DNA of 64,000 nt from contig JAEUSV010000048.1 in assembly GCA_016788485.1 (NCBI GenBank), forward strand, positions 13,956 through 77,955, in the 5' to 3' direction. The DNA is from Flavobacteriales bacterium. GTDB taxonomy: Bacteria; Bacteroidota; Bacteroidia; Flavobacteriales_F; PHOS-HE28. Below are positions 36,939 to 45,648 of this stretch, piece by piece. Within the stretch, counting starts at the first letter, position 1. Each line of letters opens with the position of its first letter. A program made the position numbers and the translations under genes. The notes beneath the pieces are model-generated. The model made no database searches. It was not told the DNA's origin and worked only from the letters and a program-made list of their open reading frames with translations.

Positions 36939-37412
36939 GTGTCAAGGCCCATCGAAAAAAAAGTGCCCGACCTTAACCAGCGCTTCGTGCATGTGATGGA
37001 GCGTCTGGGCCTGTCGGGTTACGCCTTGAGCAAAGCGCTCGGCACGTCGGAGGCGGTGATTAGCAACATCCGCAACGGCAAGAACCCGCCCAACATCCTG
37101 CTGGTGCAGGACCTGCTTAATAAATATGAAGAAGTGGACCCCGTCTGGTTGCTCACCGGGCAGGGGAAGGTCTTCCGGCGGGGACAGGGTAGCGCTGCTC
37201 AGGAGGCCGTGGTCCCGGGTTCGGAAGGGGTGTCGCTGAAGCAGCTCGACGAGCGCCTGGAGCGCATGGAGCGGTTGCTGCAACGCTCCATCGAGGCCCA
37301 GCTGGAGCGCAATGTGTTGAGCGACGAGTCCGTGAGCGACCTGGAGAAGCAGGTGGACCGCCTGGAGAAGAGCGTGGAGTCGCTCAGGAAAGACCGTCGT
37401 AGAAGCGCGTAA
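36939..37412 (+). CDS. phage CI-like helix-turn-helix transcriptional regulator with C-terminal coiled coil
   Basis: ..LNQRFVHVMERLGLSGYALSKALGTSEAVISNIRNGKNPPNILLVQDLLNKYEEVDPVWLLTGQG.. is an HTH followed by the WLLTGxG motif typical of CI-repressor-type HTH domains. The C-terminus is heptad-like (LDERLERMERLLQRSIEAQLE..LEKQVDRLEKSVESL). GTG start. Confidence 0.7.
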   Translation: MSRPIEKKVPDLNQRFVHVMERLGLSGYALSKALGTSEAVISNIRNGKNPPNILLVQDLLNKYEEVDPVWLLTGQGKVFRRGQGSAAQEAVVPGSEGVSLKQLDERLERMERLLQRSIEAQLERNVLSDESVSDLEKQVDRLEKSVESLRKDRRRSA

Positions 37413-37860
37413 CGGCCTGCTCCACGTGCCAGAGGCGTTCGTGGGCCTCTTCGGCGGCCACGAGCGACTCGTGCTCGATCCCGTGCGCGTACGCCTTGGC
37501 CAAGCCGGCGCGCAGGCTCAGGTGGTACGCCCGCAGTTGCTCCGGGCAGCGATGGCCCAGCTCGAACACGGGCACGTCGGGCATCAGGGCCAGCTGCCGC
37601 AGCAGGTTGGCGAACTTGTGCAGGTTGCGCCGGCACTTGCGGTCATGCGCCAGCAACAGGGTGGGGTGGGTGCCGAAGGCGGCCTGGCTCACGCGTTCCA
37701 CCGCATCGGCCATGCAGGAAAGGTCCGCATGGCAACCATGGAGCAGCTCGCGCAGGCTGGGGAATGCGATGGCGGGGGCCGCCTTCGCGCCTTCGATCGG
37801 TCGCTCCATGGGAACAGCGTGGTGCGAAGTGAAAATACCGGATCGCACCATTCGTGTCAA
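37384..37860 (-). CDS. hypothetical protein
   Basis: 158-aa ORF with non-junk composition. It converges on the HTH gene with a 29-nt overlap. No recognisable motif. Alternative start MERPIEG at ~37809. Confidence 0.4.
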   Translation of the reverse strand: MTRMVRSGIFTSHHAVPMERPIEGAKAAPAIAFPSLRELLHGCHADLSCMADAVERVSQAAFGTHPTLLLAHDRKCRRNLHKFANLLRQLALMPDVPVFELGHRCPEQLRAYHLSLRAGLAKAYAHGIEHESLVAAEEAHERLWHVEQAVTRFYDGLS

Positions 37861-37951
37861 ATTCTCCAGCCTGCAATGGCTGCTGGATCGAGCGGTCGCG
37901 GCGATCCATATACATCTCCGACCTCCGCGTTCCAGCGGGGTTGCGCAAGGC

Positions 37952-39394
37952 TCACGCGATCCGCTCCAACCGCACGATGTTCTCGATGTGGTAGGTGTGC
38001 GGGAACATGTCCACGGGTTGCACGTGGGTGATGCGGTACATGTCCTGCAGCAGGGCGAGGTCGCGGGCCTGGGTGGCGGGGTTGCAGCTCACGTACACGA
38101 TGCGCTGCGGGGCGAGCTCGCGCAGGCGTTGCACCACGTCCTCGTGCATGCCGGCGCGGGGCGGGTCGGTGATCACCACATCGGGCCGGCCGTGGCGCTC
38201 GGCGAAGCTGGCGTCGAGCAGGTGGCGCAGGTCGCCGCTCTCGAAGCGCACGTTGGTGATGCCGTTGAGGCGCGCGTTCACCTCGGCGTCCTGCACGGCC
38301 TCGGGCACGATCTCGGCGCCGATCACCTCCTTGGCCATGCCGGCCACGTAGAGCGTGATGCTGCCGGCGCCGCAGTACAGGTCGTACACGCGTTCCTGCC
38401 CGGTGAGGCCGGCCCATTCGCGCGTAAGCGCGTACATGGCCTTGGTCTGCTCGGGGTTGGTCTGGAAGAAGGTCTTCGGCCCGATGCGGAACTTGAGCGG
38501 CACGCCGCCCGGACCGTCGGGCAGTTCCTCGATCACGTGGTCGCGGCCGCTGAACACGTGCGTGTCCAGGTCCCAGATGGTGTCGTTCTTCTTCTCGTTG
38601 ATCACCCACTGCAGCGAGGTGATGCCGGGCACCGCTTCGTTCAGGGCCGCCAGCAGGGCCTCGCGCTTCGCAACGTCCTCGTGGCCGAAGGCGAGCACCA
38701 CCATGCTCTCGCCGGTGGTGGTGGTGCGGATGGTGACGGTGCGCAGGAAGCCCTGGTGCTCGCGGATGTCGTAGAAGCTGAGCTTCTGCTCGTCGGCGTA
38801 GCGGCGCAGGAAGGCGCGGATGGATTCGCTGGGCTCGGGCTGCAGGTGGCACTCGCTGAGGTCGAGCACGCGGTCGAAGCGCTGGGGGATGTGGAAGCCG
38901 AGCGCGTTGCGGTCGAGGAACTTGTTCTCGTTGCGCACCTCGTGCCCGGTGAGCCAGCGGTGGCAGCTGAAGGTGAACTCGAGCTTGTTGCGGAAGTGCG
39001 TGGTGTGCGGTGAACCGAGGGTGGGCGGGACCGCGGGCAGGCTGAGGCCGCCGAGGCGCTCCAGGTTGTCGATCACCTGCTGGCGTTTGTACTCGAGCTG
39101 CTTCCCGTAGCCGAGGTCCTGCCACTTGCAGCCACCGCAGAGGCCGAAGTGCGGGCAGAAGGGCGTGACGCGGTCGGGGGAGGGGGCCACGATGCGCGTG
39201 GCGGTGGCCTCCATGAAGTTCTTCTTCTTCACGTCGACCCGCAGGTCGGCCACATCGCCAGGCACGGCACCGGTGATGAAGACCACCATGCCCTCCACGC
39301 GGGCCAGGGCCTTGCCGTTCGCACCGGCGCCGGTCACCGGCACGGCCTCCAACACTTCCTTCGGCCGGTTGCGGGCCTTCTTCGATCGGCTCAT
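37952..39394 (-). CDS. rlmD: 23S rRNA (uracil-5-)-methyltransferase, RlmD/RumA family
   Basis: Start ATG at 39394 (MSRSKKARNRPKE..). TRAM-like N-terminus (..VEGMVVFITGAVPGDVADLRVDVKKK..), Fe-S cysteines CPHFGLCGGCKWQ, SAM-binding ..VYDLYCGAGSITL.., and the catalytic region ..IVYVSCNPATQARDL.. Confidence 0.9.
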   Translation of the reverse strand: MSRSKKARNRPKEVLEAVPVTGAGANGKALARVEGMVVFITGAVPGDVADLRVDVKKKNFMEATATRIVAPSPDRVTPFCPHFGLCGGCKWQDLGYGKQLEYKRQQVIDNLERLGGLSLPAVPPTLGSPHTTHFRNKLEFTFSCHRWLTGHEVRNENKFLDRNALGFHIPQRFDRVLDLSECHLQPEPSESIRAFLRRYADEQKLSFYDIREHQGFLRTVTIRTTTTGESMVVLAFGHEDVAKREALLAALNEAVPGITSLQWVINEKKNDTIWDLDTHVFSGRDHVIEELPDGPGGVPLKFRIGPKTFFQTNPEQTKAMYALTREWAGLTGQERVYDLYCGAGSITLYVAGMAKEVIGAEIVPEAVQDAEVNARLNGITNVRFESGDLRHLLDASFAERHGRPDVVITDPPRAGMHEDVVQRLRELAPQRIVYVSCNPATQARDLALLQDMYRITHVQPVDMFPHTYHIENIVRLERIA

Positions 39395-39505
39395 GGTCGC
39401 TGTTCTTCGATCGGGCCGTTGGCCCTTTTCGTGAAGGGCGGCAAAGATACCGGCACCCCGTAGTTTTGCGGCCCGCTCGGCCCCCGCCGCCGCGACCTTC
39501 AGCCC

Positions 39506-40807
39506 ATGCAGCACACGTCCGCCTCCCAGAGCAAGACCCAACGCGCCATCGAACTCGAGGAGCGCTACGGTGCCCACAACTACCACCCGCTGCCGGTGGT
39601 GCTCGACAGTGGCCTGGGCGTGCACGTGTGGGACGTGGAGGGCAAGCGCTACTTCGACTTCCTCAGTGCCTACAGCGCGGTGAACCAGGGCCATTGCCAC
39701 CCGCGCCTGGTGAAGGTGATGCAGGAGCAGGCCACGCGCATGACGCTCACCAGCCGCGCCTTCTACAACAGCGTGCTCGGCGAGTATGAGAAGGCGGTAT
39801 GCGAGCTCTTCGGGTACGCGAAGATGCTGCCCATGAACACCGGTGCCGAGGCGGTGGAGACCGCGCTGAAGATGGCGCGCAAGTGGGGCTACGAGAAGAA
39901 GGGCATCCCCGCCGGGCAGGCCAAGGTGATCGTGTGCGAGGGCAACTTCCACGGCCGCACCATCACCATCGTGAGCATGAGCACCGATCCCGACAGCCAG
40001 GGCGGCTTCGGGCCGTTCACCCCGGGCTTCGAGGTGATCCCGTACGATGACATCCCCGCGCTGGAGCGGGCGCTGCAGGACCCGAACGTGTGCGCCTTCC
40101 TCGTGGAGCCCATCCAGGGCGAGAAGGGTGTGTACGTGCCCGCCGACGATTACATCCCCAAGGCCATCGCGCTGTGCAAGGCGAAGGGCGTGCTCTTCAT
40201 CGCCGACGAGATCCAGACGGGCATCGCGCGCACGGGACGCCTGCTCGCCTCGTGCCACCAATGCGGCTGCAGCTGCGCCACGGGCCTGTGCGAGAACCCC
40301 GATCCGGCGAAGCGCCCCGATGCGGTGATCCTGGCCAAGGCCCTCAGCGGCGGCATGTATCCGGTGAGCGCCGTGCTCGCCAACGACGAGGTGATGGGGG
40401 TGTTCACCCCGGGCACCCACGGCAGCACCTACGGCGGCAACCCCATGGGCGCGCGCATCGCCATCGAAGCGCTGGCCATCGTGAAGGACGAAGGGCTCGT
40501 GCAGAACGCCGACCGGCTGGGCCGGGTCTTCCGCGCCGAGATGCAGAAGCTGGTGGACGCCTACCCCTTCGTGAAGCTGGTGCGCGGCCGTGGCCTGCTC
40601 AACGCCCTGGTGATCGAGCCGCGCACCGCGGCCGATGGTTCACCCCGCACCGCGTGGGAGCTCTGCCTGCTGCTGCGCGACAACGGCCTGCTGGCCAAGC
40701 CCACGCACGGCGACATCATCCGATTCGCGCCTCCGCTGGTGATCACCGAGGAGCAGCTGTTGGAGGCCTGCCGCATCATCGCGGCGAGCGTGCAGCAGTT
40801 CGCGTAA
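39506..40807 (+). CDS. rocD: ornithine--oxo-acid aminotransferase (class III PLP aminotransferase)
   Basis: ..[51 protein letters not shown].. and ..[14 protein letters not shown].. ..[14 protein letters not shown].. are the classical OAT motifs. It carries an unusual Cys-rich insertion (see findings). Confidence 0.9.
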   Translation: MQHTSASQSKTQRAIELEERYGAHNYHPLPVVLDSGLGVHVWDVEGKRYFDFLSAYSAVNQGHCHPRLVKVMQEQATRMTLTSRAFYNSVLGEYEKAVCELFGYAKMLPMNTGAEAVETALKMARKWGYEKKGIPAGQAKVIVCEGNFHGRTITIVSMSTDPDSQGGFGPFTPGFEVIPYDDIPALERALQDPNVCAFLVEPIQGEKGVYVPADDYIPKAIALCKAKGVLFIADEIQTGIARTGRLLASCHQCGCSCATGLCENPDPAKRPDAVILAKALSGGMYPVSAVLANDEVMGVFTPGTHGSTYGGNPMGARIAIEALAIVKDEGLVQNADRLGRVFRAEMQKLVDAYPFVKLVRGRGLLNALVIEPRTAADGSPRTAWELCLLLRDNGLLAKPTHGDIIRFAPPLVITEEQLLEACRIIAASVQQFA

Positions 40808-40814
40808 GGAGGGC

Positions 40815-41195
40815 CTAGTTGGTGGCCATGAGCCACGCGCGCACGCGGTCGCCCTTGCCGTCCTTCCAGAAGTAGCACAGGCGCTCCTTGCCCGAGCGCA
40901 GCAGGATCATCACGTCGTCGCGCTCCTGCTCGGGGTAGAACATCTCCATGCGGCCGCCCTCGCTGTCGAGCATGGGCTTGGGCACGGACTCTCCCAGTGG
41001 CACGAAGGTGATGCGCGCCTTGCGCACCTTGCTCGAGCGCGAGCCGGGGATGCCCTCCATGGAGATCCCCAGCTGGTCCACCTTGGTGCGGCGAACATGC
41101 AGCACTTCCAAGGTCCCGGGCAGCCGGCCGGGCGCTGCGGGCTGACGGTCGGCGGGGGCGTTGATCACCGAAACGGAGGGTGTCTGGTAGGCCAT
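40815..41195 (-). CDS. hypothetical protein
   Basis: 126-aa ORF with plausible composition. It converges on rocD with a 7-nt gap. No recognisable motif. Confidence 0.45.
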   Translation of the reverse strand: MAYQTPSVSVINAPADRQPAAPGRLPGTLEVLHVRRTKVDQLGISMEGIPGSRSSKVRKARITFVPLGESVPKPMLDSEGGRMEMFYPEQERDDVMILLRSGKERLCYFWKDGKGDRVRAWLMATN

Positions 41196-41306
41196 GGCAG
41201 GGGAGGTGCTTACCCCAAATGTGCAACGACCTGTCCAGCGAAAGCACGGCTTTCGTCAGACTTCATGAAAACTTCACATTGCCATCGCCCGAACGGACGA
41301 CCCGGA

Positions 41307-41690
41307 TCACTCGCGCGACCGGTCCACGGTGCGCACCAGCCGGCCGTTCTCGTAGTGCAGCTCGCGGTACACCTGGCCATCGGGCGAATAATCGAGGTGC
41401 ACGCCGTGCTCCTGGCCGTTCAGCCAGTGCTCCACGTACTTCTTGCTGCCGGTCTCGTAGTAGTAGACCCATTCACCGCTCTCCACCCCTTTTTCGAAAT
41501 GGCCCACGTACTCCAGCTGACCGTTGGGGTAGTACACCTTCTCCATCACCTTCTCGGCCTCATCGCCCTTGCCCTTCATGTAGATCACCACCTCGGGCTT
41601 GCCGTTGCTGTGGCTGGAGGCCACGTACTTGTGCGTGGAGCAGCCGCACAGGGCGAGCACCAGGCCGGCCAGGGGAAGGAGGCGGTTCAT
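41307..41690 (-). CDS. MORN-variant (YwqK-like) repeat lipoprotein
   Basis: Lipobox LVLALCGC. Repeated G-x-W-x-YY/-Y-x-x-G motifs (YYPNGQLEYVGHFEKGVESGEWVYYYETGSKKYVEHWLNGQEHGVHLDYSPDGQVYRELHYENGRL). Confidence 0.7.
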   Translation of the reverse strand: MNRLLPLAGLVLALCGCSTHKYVASSHSNGKPEVVIYMKGKGDEAEKVMEKVYYPNGQLEYVGHFEKGVESGEWVYYYETGSKKYVEHWLNGQEHGVHLDYSPDGQVYRELHYENGRLVRTVDRSRE

Positions 41691-41733
41691 TGCCCGGCGA
41701 AATTAGGCCAAGGCCCCGCTCAAGGCAAGGCGC

Positions 41734-44253
41734 TCAGAACGAGGCCACCAGCTTCAGGTTGAGCCGCCGCGGGGTGAGGAAGTCGGGGATGGCGTACTGG
41801 CGGCCGCTCACGTCCTGGATCCAGGTGTAGTTGACCGCGTTGTTGATGTTCAGCAGGTTGAAGACCTCCAGGCTCAGGTGCATGGTCTTGAGCCCGCTGA
41901 GGAACTTGGGCGCCTTCTGCCCGGGTGCGCCGATGAACTGTTTGCTGAAGCCGATGTCGACCCGGCGGTACAGGCTGGTGCGCAGGGTGTCGGCATAGCG
42001 GGTCTCGTTGGGCGGGCCGAAGGGAAGGCCCGTGCCGAACACCAGGTTCATGTGCACCTTGAAGGTGGGCCAGCGCGGCATCTCGTCCTGGAAGAAGAGC
42101 GCCACGCTCACACGCTGGTCGGTGGGGCGGGGGATGAACCCCGGTTCCACCCGTGTGCTGTCCACCGCCTTCTGGTCGAAGGTGTAGCCGGGGACGATGG
42201 TGTCGCCTGCAGCGTTGAAGCGCAGGTAGTAGAAGTCGTCCACCAGGTCCTCCTGCGTGCTCATGATGCCCACGCTCACCCACGATTCGATGCCGGGGAT
42301 CATCTCCCCGTTCAGCTTGGCATCGAGGCCCATGGCATAGCCGCGCGAGTTGTTGGTGGCGTAGTAGCGGATGCGCACGTTGTCCACCTCGTAGGGGATG
42401 AGGCTGCTGAGCGACTTGTAGTAGGCCTCGGTGGTGAACTTGAAGGGACGGTCCCACAACTTCAGCATGCGGTCCATGCCCACGATGGCGTGGATGCTGC
42501 GCTGCGCCTGGATGTCGGGGTTGAGCTGCCCCTGGAAGTTGCGCACCTCGCGGTAGAAGGGGGCCTGGTAGTACCAGCCGCCGGCGAGCCAGAAGGTGAG
42601 GTCGCGGTCCTCCTCCTTGCCGGCCTTGGTGGTACGCTGGCCGCCAGGGCGGTAGTTGAAGCGCACGCGGGGACTGGCGATCGTCTGCCCATTGTAGGTC
42701 CAGTACTGCACCCGCGCCCCGGCGATGAGGCCGATGCTGCGCGGGTTGCGCGCGGCCGAATCCAGCTTCCACTCCCACGCGTTCTGCACATAGGCGCTGG
42801 TGCGCACGCTCTCCATGTTCAGCCGGCTCTTCAGGCTGTAACTGAGCGTGAGGTCGTCGCCGCTGCTCTGGGGGATGCTGTAGCCCGCCGAATCGATCAG
42901 GGTCCACTCGCTGAGCTTGTCGTTGATCACCTCGCTGCGGGCGTCCACACCCCACTGCAGGTAGCTGTTGGGCCGCTGCAGGAAGCCCTTGTGGGCGACG
43001 GTGAGCACAGTGGCGTCGAGGTCGTTGCGGGCATGGTCGAGGTAGCTGCCCACGCCCAGGTTGCGCACCGCCTCACCGAACTGGTCGCTGCCCAGGTCGC
43101 GCTCGAGCTCCTGCAGGTAGTACTGCCCGAGCACATCGAAATGCTCGCTCTCGAAGGTGCGGAAGGCACTGCCGGTGAACTTGAGCAGCAGGTCCTTGCG
43201 GGCCCGCCAGTTGAGGTTCACCGCACCGAAGTAGGTCTCGAACTGGGTCTTCTCCGCCCCTTCGAAGTACACCTTGAAGCGCAGGGCCTGGTTGAAGTTG
43301 CCGAGCTCGGTCTCGCGGTCCTCGGGGATGGTGTTGTAGCGGTTGCGCGAGTACACGCCCAGGAAGCCGAGCTCCACCTTGTCGCTGAGGTCGTAGGTCC
43401 AGTAGGTCTGCAGGTCGATGTAGCGCGCATCGTACTCGCCCTGCGTGTCGAGTCCGCTCAGCAGGTTCTGCAGGGTGCGGTAGCGGAAGCCGGTCACCTG
43501 GCGCAGGCGGCGGTTGAGCATGGGGCTGGCCAGGTGGAAGCTGCCGCCCATGAGGCCGGCCTGCACCGAGCCTTCGAACTCGCGCGGGCGCTTGTAGGTG
43601 ATGTCGAGCACGCTGCTCATCTTGTCGCCATAGCGCGCCTCGAAGCCGCCTGCACTGAAGCGGATGCCCTGGATGAGGTCCGGGTTGGGGAAGCTCAGGC
43701 CTTCCTGCTGACCTGCCCGCACCAGGAAGGGGCGGTACACCTCGATGTCGTTGACATACACGAGGTTCTCGTCGAAGTTGCCACCGCGTACGCTGTAGCC
43801 GCTGCTGAGCTCATTGCGGCTCATCACGCCCAGTGCGCCCTTGATCAGCGACATGGCATCGCCGGTGGGGTTGGGCATCAGCGTCACGTTGCGCGGGTCG
43901 AGCACCTCCATGGTGCCGCGGGTGCGGGTGTTGCGCACGTCGACCTCGCCGAGCTCCCCGGCCTTGAGCATCACGTTGAGCGTGCGGCGTTCGCCCGCGG
44001 CCAGCTCCACGGTGCGTTCCACGGTGTTGCCCACCAGGCTGTAGCGCAGGGTCACCGGTCGGCCGGCGGGCACCTCGATGGTGTACCGGCCCTCCTCATC
44101 GGCCAGCACGGCCTTGCCGCCCACCACGGCCACGCTCGTAAGCCCGGCGGGGGAACCGTCCTCGTTGGTGACCTCGCCCGCCACGGTACCGGTCTGGGCC
44201 GCCGCCCCGAGCGCGCAGGCGCAGAGCAGGAGCAGCAGGAGAAGGCGATGCAT
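41734..44253 (-). CDS. TonB-dependent receptor with CarboxypepD_reg-like N-terminal domain
   Basis: Signal peptide MHRLLLLLLLCACALGAAAQ. N-terminal GTVAGEVTNEDGSPAGLTSVAVVGG..YTIEVPAG, then a plug region. 839-aa beta-barrel ending ..RRLNLKLVASF (terminal aromatic). Confidence 0.9.
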   Translation of the reverse strand: MHRLLLLLLLCACALGAAAQTGTVAGEVTNEDGSPAGLTSVAVVGGKAVLADEEGRYTIEVPAGRPVTLRYSLVGNTVERTVELAAGERRTLNVMLKAGELGEVDVRNTRTRGTMEVLDPRNVTLMPNPTGDAMSLIKGALGVMSRNELSSGYSVRGGNFDENLVYVNDIEVYRPFLVRAGQQEGLSFPNPDLIQGIRFSAGGFEARYGDKMSSVLDITYKRPREFEGSVQAGLMGGSFHLASPMLNRRLRQVTGFRYRTLQNLLSGLDTQGEYDARYIDLQTYWTYDLSDKVELGFLGVYSRNRYNTIPEDRETELGNFNQALRFKVYFEGAEKTQFETYFGAVNLNWRARKDLLLKFTGSAFRTFESEHFDVLGQYYLQELERDLGSDQFGEAVRNLGVGSYLDHARNDLDATVLTVAHKGFLQRPNSYLQWGVDARSEVINDKLSEWTLIDSAGYSIPQSSGDDLTLSYSLKSRLNMESVRTSAYVQNAWEWKLDSAARNPRSIGLIAGARVQYWTYNGQTIASPRVRFNYRPGGQRTTKAGKEEDRDLTFWLAGGWYYQAPFYREVRNFQGQLNPDIQAQRSIHAIVGMDRMLKLWDRPFKFTTEAYYKSLSSLIPYEVDNVRIRYYATNNSRGYAMGLDAKLNGEMIPGIESWVSVGIMSTQEDLVDDFYYLRFNAAGDTIVPGYTFDQKAVDSTRVEPGFIPRPTDQRVSVALFFQDEMPRWPTFKVHMNLVFGTGLPFGPPNETRYADTLRTSLYRRVDIGFSKQFIGAPGQKAPKFLSGLKTMHLSLEVFNLLNINNAVNYTWIQDVSGRQYAIPDFLTPRRLNLKLVASF

Positions 44254-44308
44254 GGAGCGGGGGCGGAAGGGCGGCTAAGATAACGGGGTGCCCCGGAGGC
44301 TATTGCCC

Positions 44309-44593
44309 CTAGGCGAGCGCCCGGCGCACGTTCTCCACCAGTTGGTCCGGCCCGCCATAGTGCTCGAGCAGGCGGATGCCGCGGCGCTGGCAGAGCTCGC
44401 GCAGCTTCAACCGGGGACCGTCCTCGATGCCGCCGCCCAGCACGAGCAGGGCCACATCGGTATGCTCCAAGCGAGAGAGCAAAGCACCGTCGTCCATGAA
44501 GCCCTCGCTCGCATAGCCCGCACCGGCCAGCTGGTTCCTCACCAGGGCCATGATGCTGGGGTTGCGGCCGAAGAAGACGATGCTGCCGTCCAT
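44309..44593 (-). CDS. small hypothetical protein
   Basis: 94-aa ORF (MDGSIVFFGRNPSIMALVRNQLAGAGY..) with alternating beta/alpha-like composition. No motif recognised. Confidence 0.4.
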   Translation of the reverse strand: MDGSIVFFGRNPSIMALVRNQLAGAGYASEGFMDDGALLSRLEHTDVALLVLGGGIEDGPRLKLRELCQRRGIRLLEHYGGPDQLVENVRRALA

Positions 44594-44636
44594 GGCCGGT
44601 GAAGATAAGGAACGGCCCTTGGCGGGGGAAGCCGGC

Positions 44637-45284
44637 CTACTTCTTCAGCAGCTTGAAGGCGTGCGACCACTGGTTGCGGGTAAAGCCCGGCAGGCACCAG
44701 AGGATGCACAGCGGTTCGATGGCCCGCGCGGCCTCCACGCCGCCCATGTCCTCGCTCTCCCAGCCGAACTGGTCGAGGATGGCGGTCACTTCCTTCTTCG
44801 CGTTCGCATCGTTGCCGCAGATGAACATCGTGGGCTTGATGCCGCCGAAGTCGGGGTCGACCATGTAGGCGTTGCCCACGCTGTTGAAGGCCTTCACGAA
44901 GTGGGCCTTGGGGTTGGCCTTCTGGAGCTGTTCCATGAGGCTCTCCTCGAGCGTGGTGAAGTAGTGCAGCACGCCGTTGGTCGGTGGCGCGTCGGCGATG
45001 GGGTTGGTGGCATCGATCACCGTCTTGCCGGCCAGGTCGTCGGCATCGCAGAGCCGCACCGCCGCTTCAGCCGCGCTACCCTTGGAGGCAAGCACGATCA
45101 TGTCGGCCCAGGCACCCACCTCCTTGTGGCTGCCCACGCGCCCGGCAGGGTTCTTCTCAAGCCAGGCGGCCACCTTGTCGGGGTTGCGCGTGGCGATCAT
45201 CACCTGGTGGCCGTGCTTGAGGAACCCGCTGGCGAGCACCTGGCCCACCATGCCCGTTCCGAGGATGCCGATCTTCCTGCTCAT
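44637..45284 (-). CDS. NAD(P)-binding oxidoreductase (NADPH-dependent F420 reductase-like / pyrroline-5-carboxylate reductase-like fold)
   Basis: Start ATG at 45284. MSRKIGILGTGMVGQVLASGFLKHGHQVMIATRNP is a GxGxxG Rossmann motif. 215 aa. Confidence 0.75.
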   Translation of the reverse strand: MSRKIGILGTGMVGQVLASGFLKHGHQVMIATRNPDKVAAWLEKNPAGRVGSHKEVGAWADMIVLASKGSAAEAAVRLCDADDLAGKTVIDATNPIADAPPTNGVLHYFTTLEESLMEQLQKANPKAHFVKAFNSVGNAYMVDPDFGGIKPTMFICGNDANAKKEVTAILDQFGWESEDMGGVEAARAIEPLCILWCLPGFTRNQWSHAFKLLKK

Positions 45285-45648
45285 CGTGTTGCGTTGGTTC
45301 CTGCAAAGGTGCATCGCCGCGCGACCGTGCCGATGACGCCGGTCATCCGGCCGATCTTCGCGCAGGGCCCATGCCCCGATCCCTCCATGGCACGGCACCT
45401 TCGCTCGTTCCTCTTCAGCCTGCTGCTGGGCTTCCACAACGCCTGGACGCATGACGATGCCGCGCTGGAGGAGGTGACCGTGCGCATCCGCACACCGCAT
45501 CGCGAGGCAGGCCACGAAGCGCTGAACGACCCGGCCCGCTGCTTCTTCTGGGGCCGGAGCAGCCTGTTGAGCTGAGCGGCTTCATGTGGTCTTCACCTTC
45601 GGCATGTCGGATCGAGCGACCTTTGCCGCCCCATTTCCGTCGTGTACC

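Noticed and set aside
41878-44283. 801-aa plus-strand ORF opposite the TonB-dependent receptor
   Set aside because: Same reasoning: the minus-strand product has a signal peptide, a CarboxypepD_reg-like domain and a terminal Phe. The plus-strand product is low-complexity.
44594-44636. Possible terminator between 44309..44593 and 44637..45284
   Set aside because: There is only a 6-bp ggccgg/ccggcc pairing separated by ~30 nt and no U-tract. This is too weak to call.
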